A stretch of DNA of 64,000 nucleotides, from NCBI GenBank assembly GCA_965204735.1, contig OZ242008.1, forward strand, positions 2,272,001-2,336,000, in the 5' to 3' direction. The notes below the pieces were generated by a model that was given only the letters and a program-made list of their open reading frames with translations, did no database searches and was not told where the DNA came from. The first letter of the stretch is position 1; each line of letters starts with the position of its first letter. This document shows, piece after piece, positions 12,001 through 24,000 of the stretch. The position numbers were made by a program, and so were the translations under genes. Origin of the DNA: Longimicrobiales bacterium. Its GTDB lineage: Bacteria > Gemmatimonadota > Gemmatimonadetes > Longimicrobiales > Gaopeijiaceae.

Positions 12001-15000
12001 GCTGATCCCGTTCGAGTCCGAGTCCGCCGTCTGCACGACGTAGTCGAAGGCGAGGGCGGCGGTCCCGCTCCCGCTCGCGTAGTCGGCTTGGCGCGTCGCG
12101 TTGCCGACCGTCAGCGCGAGCTGCGGGGTCCCGGTCACCGTCACCGGTATCTGGAAGACGACGGAGACCGTGATCTTCTCGCCTCCGCCGTAGGTGTCGC
12201 CGCTGGCCGGCGCGCTCGAGATCGACATCGAGCTCACGAGCGGGGCCGTGGCGGCGCCGTTCACCTTGTGGCCCGAAGCGTTCGCGATGGCGTGGCTGCC
12301 CAGCGCCAGCGTGGCGTTGGTGCCCGACCCGCTCCTGATCGTGCCGCCGTTCAGCGTCAGGGCGCCGGCGCCCACGCTGATGCCGTCGTCGTCGCGGTCC
12401 GTCGCCAGCGTCACGTAGTCGAAGACCAGCGCCGTCGTCCCGCTCCCGCTGGCGTAGGCCACCTGCCGGGTCGCGCTCCCTACTGCCACCGCGAGCTGCG
12501 GGGCGCCGGTCACCGTCACCGGAATGCTGAACCCGACGCGCACCGAGATCGTCTCGCCCGCGCCGTAGGTGTCGCTCCCGGCCGGCGAGCTGGCGACCGC
12601 AACGCCGGTCACGACCGGGACCGTCGACGTTCCGTCCACCTTGTGGGCCGCCGCGTCGGCGATCGCGAACGTCCCCAGGCTCAGGGCAGCGTTGGTGCCG
12701 GCCCCGCTCTGAAGCGCGCCGCCGTTCAGCGTCAGCGCGTTCGCCGCGACGGCGATCCCGTTGCCGTCCACGTCCGTGGCCCGGACGGTGTAGCTGAACG
12801 TCAGGGTCTTGGTCCCGGTCCCGCCTGCGTACGCCGCTTGCCCGACGCCCGTCCCGATCGTCAGCGCCAGCTGCGGCGTGCCCGTCACCGTCACCGGTAT
12901 CTGGAACGCGACCTCGACCGACACCGCGTCGCCGGCGGCGTAGGTGCTGTCGTTCCCCGCGTCGCTGACGATCGTCGCGCCGGTCACGGCCGGCGCCGTG
13001 GCAGCCCCGTTCACCTTGTGGGCCGAGGCGTCGGCGATGGCGTAGGAGCCCAAGCCGAGCGCGGCGTCGGTGCCCACCGAACTCCGGACCGTGCCGCCGT
13101 TCAGCTCCAGCGCCCCCGCTGCCAGCGAGATGCCGTCGGCGTCGGCGTCGGTCGCGTCCACCACGTACTCGAACCGGAGGCTGGTGTTGCCGCTGCCGCT
13201 CGCGTAGTCGGCGTGCCGGGTCGCCGCGCCGATCGTCAGCGCCGCGCGAGGCGTGCCCGTCACCGTCACCGGGAAGTTGAACCCGATCTCGACGGCGATC
13301 GTCTCGCCCGCGCCGTAGCTGTCGCCGGTGGCCGGCGTGCTCGCTATCGACGCGGCGTTCACCGTCGGCGCCGTCGACGTTCCGTCCACCTTGTGGCCGG
13401 CCGCGTCCGCGATGGCGTGGGCGCCCAGCCCGAGCCCGGCGTTCGTTCCCACGCCGCTCCTGATCGTGCCGCCGTTCAGCCCGAGCGCGCTCGCCCCCAC
13501 GGCGATCCCGGTCGAGTCCGAATCGGCCAGGACCACCGTGTAGCGGAACGTCAGCGTCTTCGTGTTCGTGCCCGAGACGTACGCCGCCTGGCGCGTCTGC
13601 GCGCCGATCGTCAGCGCCAGCTGCGGCGCGCCCGTCACCGCCACGGGAACGTCGAAGCCGACGGCCACGGCAATCGCTTCTCCGGCGTAGTAGGTGTCGC
13701 CGCTGGCCGGCGCGCTCGTCACCGACGCCGACACCACCGCCGGCGTCGTGGCGCTGGCGCCGTTCACCTTGTGGGCCGAAGCGTTGGCTATGGCGTGGCC
13801 GCCCAGGCCGAGCGCCGCCGTCGCGCCCGCCGTGCTGGCGATCGTGCCGCCGTTCAGCCCGAGCGCGCTCGCCCCCACGCTGATCCCGTCCGCGTCCACG
13901 TCCGCCGACTGGACGACGTAGCCGAACGTCAGACCGGCGCCGTCGCCGCCCAGGAGCGCCGCCTGGCGGGTGGCCGCGCCCACGCCCAGCACCAGCTGCG
14001 GGCTTCCGGTCGTCCGCACCTCGAGGTTGAAGCCGACCTTCACTTCGATCCGCTCGCCGGCGCCGTAGGTGTCGCCGCTCACCGGCGCGCTCGTCACCGA
14101 GACGGAAGTCGCCTCGGGCGTCGTGGCCGTGCTGCCCGACACCTTGTGGCCCGACGCGTTGGCCACCGCGTGGGCGCCCAGCCCCAGCGCGGCCGCCGTC
14201 CCGATCGTGCTCAAGATCGTGCCGCCGTTCAGCGAGAGCGCGTTCGCCGCGATCGAGATGCCGTCGGCGTCGGCGTCGGACGACAGCACCGTGTAGTCGA
14301 AGTACATCGACTGGCCCGAGAGCCGCACGAACTCGGCCTGCCGCGTCTGCGATCCGACGGCCAGCGCCAGCCGGGGCGTCCCCGCGACCACGATCGGCAG
14401 CTGGAACGACACCCTGGCCGTGATCTTCTCGCCCGCGCCGTAGGTGTCGCCGCTCGCCGGCGCGCTCGTGATCGACACCGCGCTCACCGCCGGCGCCGTC
14501 GCCGTGCTGCCCGACACCTTGTGGCCCGAGGCGTCGGCCACCGCGTGCGCGCCCAGTCCGAGACCCGCGGCGGCCCCGGCCCCGCTCCGAATCGTCGCGC
14601 CGTTCAGCGTCAGCGCGCTCGCCCCGATGGATACCCCGTCGGCGTCCGCGTCCGCCGCCTGCACCACGTAGCCGAAGTGGAGCGACTGTCCCGACGCGCG
14701 GCTCAACGTCGCCTGGCGCGTCTGCGCTCCGACGGTCAGCGCCAGCCGGGGACTGCCGACGACCGTGATCGGAACCGCCGCGCCGAACCGAACGTGCACG
14801 TCGATCCGCTCCCCGCCGCCGTACGTGTCGCCGCTGGACGGACTGCTCGTGATCTGCACGAAGTCGACGAACGGGGCCGTCGCCGTCGCGCCGTTCACCT
14901 TGTGGGCCGCGTTCGCCGTGAAGGCGCGGGCGCCCAGGGAAAGCTGGGCCGACGCGCCGCCCGGACCCGATATCGTGCCGCCGCCGAGCGTCAGCGCCGC

Positions 15001-18000
15001 CGCCGCGACGCCGATCCCGTCGGCGTCCACGTCCCCGCTCCGCACCGTGTACGCGAACCGGACCGCGCGCTCCCGCACGCGCTCCATGGCCGCCTGCCGC
15101 GCGGCGGCGCCGATCGTCAGCGCCAGCCGGGGCGATCCCGTGACCGTCAGCACCGCGCTGAACTCCACGTCCACCCGCACCACCTCGCCCGCGCCGTAGG
15201 TGTCGCCGCTCACCGGCGTCCCCACGAACCGCACCGCCGTCACGACGGGCGCCGACGTCGGAGTCGCCCTCGCCTCCTCGCTCGCGTGTCCCGCCCCCAC
15301 CGAGTTCTGCGCCCGAACCTGGAACTTGTACTCGGTTCCGTTCGACAGCGACGGGACGATGTGGCTCGTCGTGCTGGCGTCGCTTCCCGATATGTCCGTC
15401 CAGCGGGAAAACGGCTCGGTGGCGATCGCCTGGCGGAACTGGTAGCCGGTGAGCGTCGTGTCCGACGGGTCGGTCCAGTTCAACGTGACCTGGGCGTTGC
15501 CCGGACTCGCCGAGAAGCCGGTGGGGGCCGCCGGCGTTCCCAGCAGTCCGTCCACCTTGTGGCTGGCGCTGTTGGCAATGGCGTACCGGCCAATCGTCGG
15601 AGAAGCGATGCTGAAGCGCGTGTTCACCCAGCCGGCGGTGAAGTCCAGCGCGTTGGGACCGATGCTGATCCCGTCGCTGTCCGCGTCGGCCGCCGTGACC
15701 GTGTACTGGAAGCGCGCGCTCGTGAGGCCGGTGCCCGAGTACGCCGCGTCCCGCGTGGCCGTCCCCACGCCGATCTTCAGCACCGGCGAGCCCGTGACGC
15801 GGGGGCGGAACGCCGAAAACGACACCGTGACTTCGATCGTCTGGCCGGGCCCGTACGTGTCGTCCGCGGTCGGCGAACTCGTGATCCGCACGCCGGTGAC
15901 CCAGATGTCGCTGGGCCGGGCCAGCGCGAAGCTCGCGCGTCCCGCCCTGGAGCCCGCCACGGCCCGGAGCTCGAAGCGGTAGTCCACCTGGTCGGTCAGC
16001 GACGAGACCGTGTGACTGGTCGTGCTCGCGCCGCTGCTCGCCACGTCCGCCCACGCCGTGAAGCTGCCCGAGCTCGACTCGTTGCGGTGTCGGACCTGGT
16101 ACTTGGTGATCGTCGTGTCGCTCGGATCGGTCCAGCGCAGCTGGATTGCGCCGCTGGCCGTCGGCGTCGCCGTGAGGCCGCTGGGCGCCGCCAGCGTCGC
16201 GAGGCTGCCGTTCACCTTGTGCGCCGCGCTGTTCGACACGGCGTTCGCGCCCAGACCCAGGCCGGCAGCCGTGGCTCCGTCCCGCGCGTCCGCGATTCCG
16301 CCGCCGTTCAGCGTCAGCGCGCTGGCCCCGATGCTGATCCCGTCGGAGTCGCTGTCCGTCGCCGCCACCGCGTAGCGGAACGCCAGCGTCTTCGTGCCCG
16401 TGCCGGCAACATAGTCGGCCTGGCGCGTCGCCGCGCCGATCGTCAGCGCCAGCTGCGGCGTCCCCGTCACCGCGACGGAGCGGGCGAACGTCACCTCCAC
16501 CTCGATCCGGTCGCCCGCGCCGTAGGTGCTGTCGCTGGCCGGGCGGCTCGTGATCGTCACGCCCGTCACCGCCGCCGCCGTGAACGTCGCGCCCGCCACC
16601 TTGTGGCCCGAGCTGTTCGACACCGCGTGAGAGCCCAGCCCGAGCGCGGCGTCCGTCGTCCCGCCCGCCTCGTCGATCGTCCCCCCGTTGAGCGTCAGCG
16701 CGCTCGCCCCGATGCTCAGCCCGTCCGCGTCCGCGTCGCCCGAAGCCACCACGTAGCGGAAGACCAGCGACGCCGTCCCCGTCCCGCTGGCGTAGCCCGC
16801 CTGCCGCGTCGCCGCGCCGATCGTCAGCGCCAGCTGCGGCGTCCCCGTCACGTCCACCGCCTTGTGGAACGTCACCGTGACGGCAATCGTGTCGCCCCGC
16901 TCGAACGTGTCGCCCACCACCGGCGACCCCACGGCCACGCCCGTCACCGTCGGCGGACCCCGCGTTCCGTCCACCTTGTGCGCCGCCGCGGCGGCGATTG
17001 CGTTCGTGCCCAGGCCCAGGCCGGCCGCCGTCGCCCCGTCCCGGGCGTCGGCGACCGCCCCGCCGTTCAAGGTCAGCGCGCTCGCGCCGATCCCGAGCCC
17101 GTCGCTGTCGGCGTCCGCGACCCCCACCGTGTAGGCGAACGACAGCGTGTCCGTACCCGTGCCCGAAGCGTACTCCGCCTGCCGCGTCGCCGCGCCGATC
17201 GTCAGCGCCAGCTGCGGCGTCCCCGTCACGCTCACGCGACGGCTGAACGCCACCTTCACCTCGATCCGCTCGTTCAGGCCGTAGGTGCTGTCGCTTGCCG
17301 GGCTGCTCGCGATCGCCACGCCGCTCACCGCCGCCGCCGTGAACGTGCCCCCCGCCACCTTGTGGCCGGAGCTGTTCGAGAGCACATGCGCGCCCAGGCC
17401 CAGGAGCGCGTCCGTCGTCCCGCCCGCCACGTCGATCGTCCCGCCGTTCAGCCCCAGCGCGCCAGCGCCGATGCTGAGCCCGTCCGCGTCCGCGTCGCCG
17501 CTCGCCACCACGTAGCGGAAGACCAGCGACGCCGTCCCCGTCCCGCTGGCGTAGCCCGCCTGCTGCGTCGCCGCGCCGATCGTCAGCACCAGCTGCGGCG
17601 TCCCCGTCACGTCCACCGCCTTGTTAAACGTCACCGTCGCGGCAATCGTGTCGCCCCGCTCGAAGGTGTCGCCCACCACCGGCGACCCGACCGCCAACCC
17701 CGTCACCCCCGGCGGCCCCCGCGCGCCGTTCACCTTGTGGGCCGCGCTGTTCGAGATCGCGTTCGCGCCCAACCCCAGGCTCGCCACCGTCGTGCTGTCC
17801 CGGGCGTCGGCAATCGCCCCGCCGTTCAGCCCCAGCGCGCTCGCGCCGATGCCGATCCCGTCCGCGTCGGTGTCAGCAGCCGCCACCGCGTAGGCGAACG
17901 ACAGCGTCTTGGTGCCCGTCCCAGAGGCGTAGTCGGCCTGCCGCGTCGCCGCGCCGATCGTCAGCGCCAGCTGCGGCGTCCCCGTCACCGCGACGGGCCG

Positions 18001-21000
18001 GGCAAAGGTCACCTCGACTTCGATCTGCTCGCCCAGGACGTAGGTGCTGTCGCTAGCCGGACTGCTCGTGATCGTCACGCCGCTCGCAGCCGCCGCCGTG
18101 AACGTGCCGCCCGCCACCTTGTGGCCCGAGCTGTTCGACACCGCAAGAGAGCCCAGCCCCAGCACGGCGTCCGTCGTCCCGCCCGCCATGTCGATCGTCC
18201 CGCCGTTCAGCCCCAGCGCGCCGGCGCCGATGCTGAGCCCGTCCGCGTCCGCGTCGGCCGCCACCACCGTGTAGCGGAAGACCAGCGACGTCGTCCCCGT
18301 GCCGGAAGCGTACGACGCCTGCCGCGTCGCCGCGCCGATCGTCAGCGCCAGCTGCGGCGTCCCCGTCACGTCCACCGCCTTGTCGAACGTCAGCGTGACC
18401 GAAATCGCCTCGCCCCGTTCGAAGGTGTCGCCCACCACCGGCGACCCGACAGCCACCCCGTCTACCCGAGGCGGACTCCCGGCGCCGTCCACCTTGTGGG
18501 CCGCGGCGTCCGCAATCGCGTGCGTGCCCAGCCCCAGCGCCGCGTTCGTCCCGGCGCCGCTCCGGATCGTCCCGCCGTTCAGCGCCAGCGCGCTCGCGCC
18601 CACGCTGATCCCGGTGCTGTCCGCGTCCGCCGCCTGCACCACGTAGTCGAACGTCAGCGTCTTCGTCCCGCTCCCGCCGGCGTACGACGCCTGCGCCGTG
18701 GCGGCCCCCACTCCCAGCGCCAGCTGCGGGCTCCCCGTCACCGTCACCGGAATCTGGAAGCCGACCTGCACCGAGATCGTGTCGCCCGCCGTGTACGTGC
18801 TGTCGGCGCCCGCGTCGCTGGCGATCACCACCGCAAGCACGGCAGGAACCGTCGTGGCGCCGTCCACCTTGTGGGCCGCGGCGCTCGCAATCGCATTCGC
18901 GCCCAGTCCCAGCGCGGCGTTCGTGCCCGTGCCGCTCCGGATCGTCCCGCCGTTCAGCGACAGCGCGCTCGCGCCCACGCTGATCCCAGCGCTGTCCACG
19001 TCCGTCGCCCGCACCGTGTAGCGGAACGTCAGCGTCTTCGTCCCGCTCCCGCCGGCGTACGACGCCTGCGCCGTGCCGGTCCCGATTCCCAGCGCCAGCT
19101 GCGGGCCCCCCGTCACCGTCACCGGGATCTGGAAGCCGATCCGCACCGCGATCCCGTCGCCGGCGCCGTACGTGCTGTCGCTTCCCGCGTCGCTGAAGAT
19201 CGCTGCCGAGACCACGGCCGGCACCGTCGCCGTCGCGCCGTTCACCTTCCCGGCGGCGACGCCGGCAAGCGCGTGGCTGCCCAAGCTCAGCGCCGCCGCG
19301 GCCCCGAAGGAACTCTGCAACGTGCCGCCGGCCAGCGACAGTGCGCTGTCCGCGACGGAGAATCCGTCGGCGTCCACGTCCGTCGCCCGAACGACGTAGC
19401 CGAACGTCAGGGTCTCCGTCCGGCTGCCGATCAGGTACGACGCCTGCCGCGTCGAGTCTCCGATCGTCAGCGCCAGCTCGGGCACGCCCGTCACGACCAC
19501 GGGAATGCTGAACTCGACCGCCACCTCGATCCGCTCGCCGCCCCCGTACGTGTCGCCGCTGGCCGGCGAACTCGCGACCCTCGCCCCCGTCACCGACGGC
19601 GGCGTCGCCGTGGAGCCGTCCACCTTGTGGCCGCTGGAGTTCGTGATCTGGTGGGTCCTTCCCAGCGCCAGCCTGGCGTTGGTTCCAGCCGCGCTCCGGA
19701 TCGTCCCGCCGTTCAGCGCCAACGCGGTGGGCCCCACGCTGACACCGTCCGCGTCCACGTCGGCGGACTGCACGACATAGCTGAACGCCAGCGACTTGCT
19801 CCCGCTCCCGCCCGCGTACGACGCCTGCACCGTGGCGGCCCCGATCCCCAGCGCCAGCTGCGGGCTCCCCGTCACCGTCACCGGAATCTGGAAGCCGATC
19901 CGCACCGCGATCAGCTCGCCGGCGCCGTACGTGTCTCCCGAAGCCGGGCTCGTGTCGAACCGCGCCGAGGCGACCTCGGGCGGCGTCACGCTCCCGTCGA
20001 TCTGGTCGCTCAGCAGCTCGACGTTCAGCCTCAGCGCCGCATCGGCCCCGCCGGCGCTCTGGATCGTCCCGCCGTTCAGGGTCAACGCCCCGCGCTCGAC
20101 GGTGAACCCGTCCGCGTCCCGGTCCGTCGCCCGCACCGTGTAGTCGAAGGTCAGCGTCTTCGTCCCGCTCCCGCCGGCGTAGGCCGCCTGCACCGTGTCG
20201 GCGTCCAGCGACAGCGCCAGCTGCGGCGTCCCCGTCACCGTCACGGCCAAGTCGAACCCGACCTGCACCGAGATCGTCTCGCCCGCCCCGTACGACCCGC
20301 CGATCGCCGGCTGGCTGGCGGCCGCCACGGACGAGACGGTGGGCGCGGTCGTCGTGCCGTTCACCTTGTGGCCGGCCGCGTTCGCAATGGCGTGGCCGGC
20401 CAAGCTCAGCGTCGCGTTCGCCGCCGTGGCACTCCGGATCGTCCCGCCGTTCAGGGTCAGGGCGCTCCCGCCGACGCCGATCCCGTCGGCGTCCACGTCG
20501 GTGGCGCCCACTTCGTAGTCGAACGTCAGCGTCTTCGTCTGGCTGCCGCTCGAGTAGGACGCCTGCCCGGTACCGCTTCCAATGGTCACCGCCAGCTGCG
20601 GCGTTCCCGTCACGGTCACCGGCACGTTGAACCCGACGGCCACGGAGATCGTATCGGTGGCTCCGTAGGTGTCGCCGTCGTCCGGAGAGCTGCTGATCTC
20701 CACCGAGGTCGCGGCCGGAGTGGCGTTGTTGGAGCCCAACACCTTCTGGCCGGCGGCGTCCTCGATCGCGTGGGCGCCCAAGCCCAGGACCGCGCCGGCG
20801 CCGGCGGCGCTCCGGATCGTCCCGCCGTTCAGCGCCAAGGCGCCCGCCAAGATGCTGATGCCGTTCGCGTCCAAGTCCGCCCGCTGCACGACGTAGCCGA
20901 AGCGCAGCACCTGACCCGTCGTCTCGAGCAACGCCGCTTGGCGCGTCTGGCTCCCGATGCCGATCGCCAGCTGCGGAGCGCCGGAGACCCGAATCGCGAT

Positions 21001-24000
21001 CGCCGCCGCAAACTCCACCTCCACCTCGATCCGCTCCCCGCCTCCGTAGCTGTCCGCGGACGCCACCGGCCGACTCGCGATCCGAACGGCGCTCACGAAC
21101 GGGTTCGGGGCGACGGCGCCGTTCACCTTGTGGCCGGACGCGTCGGAGAGCGCATGACTGCCCAGCCCCAGCGTGGCCGCCGCCCCCGCGTCGCTCCGTA
21201 TCGTGCCGCCGTTGAGCGTCAGTGCGCTCGCGCCGATCCCGATCCCGTTGGCGTCCCGGTCGGCCGCCTGCACGGCGTACTCGAAGTGGAGCGTCCGGCC
21301 CGCCGTCCGCAGGTACGTGGCCTGGCGCGTCTGCGTCCCGATCGTCAGCGCCAGCTGCGGGCTGCCGGTCACGGTGATCGGCAGCCTGAAGGTGACGCTC
21401 GCCCCGATCTTCTCGCCCGCTCCGTACGTGTCGCCGCTGACGGGCGTGCTGGTGACCGCGGCCCCCGTCACGGCGGGCGCGGTGGCGCTGCTGCCGGTCA
21501 CCTTGTGGGTCGCGGCGGCGGTGATCGCATGGCTGCCCAAGTTCAGGCTCGCATTGGTGCCGACCGTGCTCCGAATCGTCCCGCCGTTCAGCGTCAGGGC
21601 ACCCGCGGCGATCCCGATCCCGTCGGCGTCCGAGTCCGAGGAGCGCACCGTGTAGCGGAAGTGCAGCGACTGCCCCGCCGTTCGGGTCAGCGTCGCCTGC
21701 CGGGTCGAGTCCCCGATCGCCAGCGCCAACCGGGGCGCGCCCACGACTCGGATCGGCACCAGGGCGCCGAACCGCACCTCGGCCTCGATCTGCTCGCCCG
21801 CTCCGTAAACGTCGCCGATGACGGGCGTGCTGGTGATCCGAACCAGGTCCACGTTCGGGACGGTGCCCGTGCTCCCGTCCACCTTGTGGCTCGCGTTGGC
21901 CGCGTACGCGTAGGCCCCCAAGCCGAGCAGCGCCGCCCTGCTGTTGACGCCGATGATCGTCCCGCCGTTCAGCTTCAGGGCGCCCGCGGCGATCCCGATT
22001 CCGTCGGCGTCCACGTCGGCCGTCTCCACCGTGTAGCGGAAGTGGATCGTACTGGGCCGAGAGGGCAGGCGTACGCCAAATGCTTGCTTGACGCTGTCCC
22101 CGATCGTCAGCTCCAGCAGCGGTTCGCCGGTCACGGCGACCGAGTCGCTGAAGTCCACTTCGACCCGAACGACCTCTCCCGCCCCGTACGTGTCGCCGGT
22201 GCGCGGCCCGTTGGCGAAGCGCACGCCGCTGACGACCGTGACGGCGACCGGCGTCGCCCTGACTTCGGAGCTCTCCGAGCCGGTCCCGTTGGCGTTCGCC
22301 GCTCGCACCTGGAACTTGTACGCGGCGCCGTTCGTCAGCGACCCCACCGTGTAGCTGGTCGTGGTCGCGCTGCTTCCCGAGATGTCGGTCCAGCCCGAGT
22401 ACGAACCAGCCGCCGGCCCGTGCCGGACCTGGTAGCCGACGATCGTGGTGTCCTGCGGATCGGTCCAGTTCAAGGTCGCTTGCGCATTGCCCGGAGTCGC
22501 GGTCAACCCCGTGGGCGCCGCGGGAACCGATCCTGTTGGCGTGGCAGAAGCGTTGACCTTGTGGCCGGGGGCGTTGACGATCTGATTTGTGCCGATCGCC
22601 GGGGAGACTAGGCTGAAGCTTGGCCGGTAGACGTAGAGCTCTCTGGTGTACGTAAACGCTTGGGGGTCCCAGGTACCGAAGTCCAGTGCATTCGGTCCGA
22701 TGCTGATGCCGTCCGGGTCGTGGTCGTCGCTCACAACGGTGTAACGGTAGTCGAAATAGGTATAATGCATCGTAAGGCCTCCACTCTCGCCCTGGCTCGT
22801 GCGTGTACTGCTGCCGATTTGCAAACTGAGTATAGGTCCCCATGAGTCCGAATCGATGTCATGTCCGTCGATCACGTGGAACCTCACTCGTATTTCTTCT
22901 CCAGTGCGGTAGCTGGCCCCGGTCCGAGGGCTGCTTGTAATCTCGACCCGGTTGATCCGGGCCCTGAACAGGCCGATCGTTGTGAAGGCCGCGTCTCCCG
23001 CCGCGGTACCGACCGTGGCTCGCAGTTCGATCCGGTAGGGCCGGCCTCCGTTCGATACCGTGACTTCGCCGGAGGTCGTCGTCGCACTGCTGGAAGGAAT
23101 GTTCGTCCACCCGGTGAAAGCACCGCCGTCCGACGGTCGGTAGCGATACTGATACCCCGTGATCAAGCTGTTGCCGGGGTTGATCCAGTCGAGCCTGGCC
23201 TGGGTGGCGCCCAAAGGGGTGGCGGTCAGCCCGCTGGGCGCCGCCGCCACCTTGCGTCCGTCGACCGCGTGGTCCGAGGCGTCCGAGATCGCGTGGCCGC
23301 CCAGGCCCAGCCTGGCGTTGATTGCCGTGGCGCTCCGGATCGTGCCCCCGTTGAGCCCCAGCGCGGTCGCTCCGACGCTGATCCCGTTGCCGTCCCTGTC
23401 CGCCGCCACCACCGTGTAGCTGAAGGTGAGCGTCTTCGTCCCGCTCCCGCTTGCGTACGAGGCCTGTCGCGTGGCGCTCCCGATCGTCAGCGCCAACCGA
23501 GGCGTCCCGGTTACGGTCACGGCGATGCTGAAGCCGACCTGCACGGAGATCGTGGCGCCCAGCGTGTACGTGCCCCCTCTCGGCGTGCTGGAGATCGTCA
23601 CGGACGCCACCGTCGGCGCTGTCGTGCTCCCGTTCACCTTGTGCGCCGCCGAGTTCGAGATCGCGTGCGTGCCCAAGGCCAGCGCGGCGGTCGCGCCCCC
23701 CGCGCTCCGGATCGTGCCGCCGTTCAGCCCCAGGGCGCCGGCCGCGATGCTGATCCCGTCGTTGTCCCGGTCGCCGGCCACCGTTTCGTAGCTGAAGGTG
23801 AGGGTCTTGGAACCGCTCCCGCTCGCGTAGGCCGCGTAGCGCGTGGCGCTCCCCACCGTCACCGCCAGTCGGGGGGCGCCCGTCACCGTCACCGCCAGAT
23901 TGAACGCGACCTGCACCGAGATCGTCTCTCCCGCCCCGTAGGTGCTGTCGCTCGCCGGGCTGCTCGCGATCGCGACGGAGGCGACCGCCGGCACCGTCCT

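Noticed and set aside
847..22611. Very long plus-strand ORFs (2893 aa and 4332 aa) and the many short plus-strand 'IVPPFSASALAP' ORFs
   Set aside because: They are antisense shadows of the GC-rich repetitive minus-strand gene. Their composition is Arg/Pro/His-rich and nonsensical, and the long ones share its codon register.
7082..22843. Long minus-strand ORFs 7082..9895, 11036..16054 and 18053..22843
   Set aside because: They are out-of-frame readings (Arg/Gly-rich) of the same strand as the real giant CDS.
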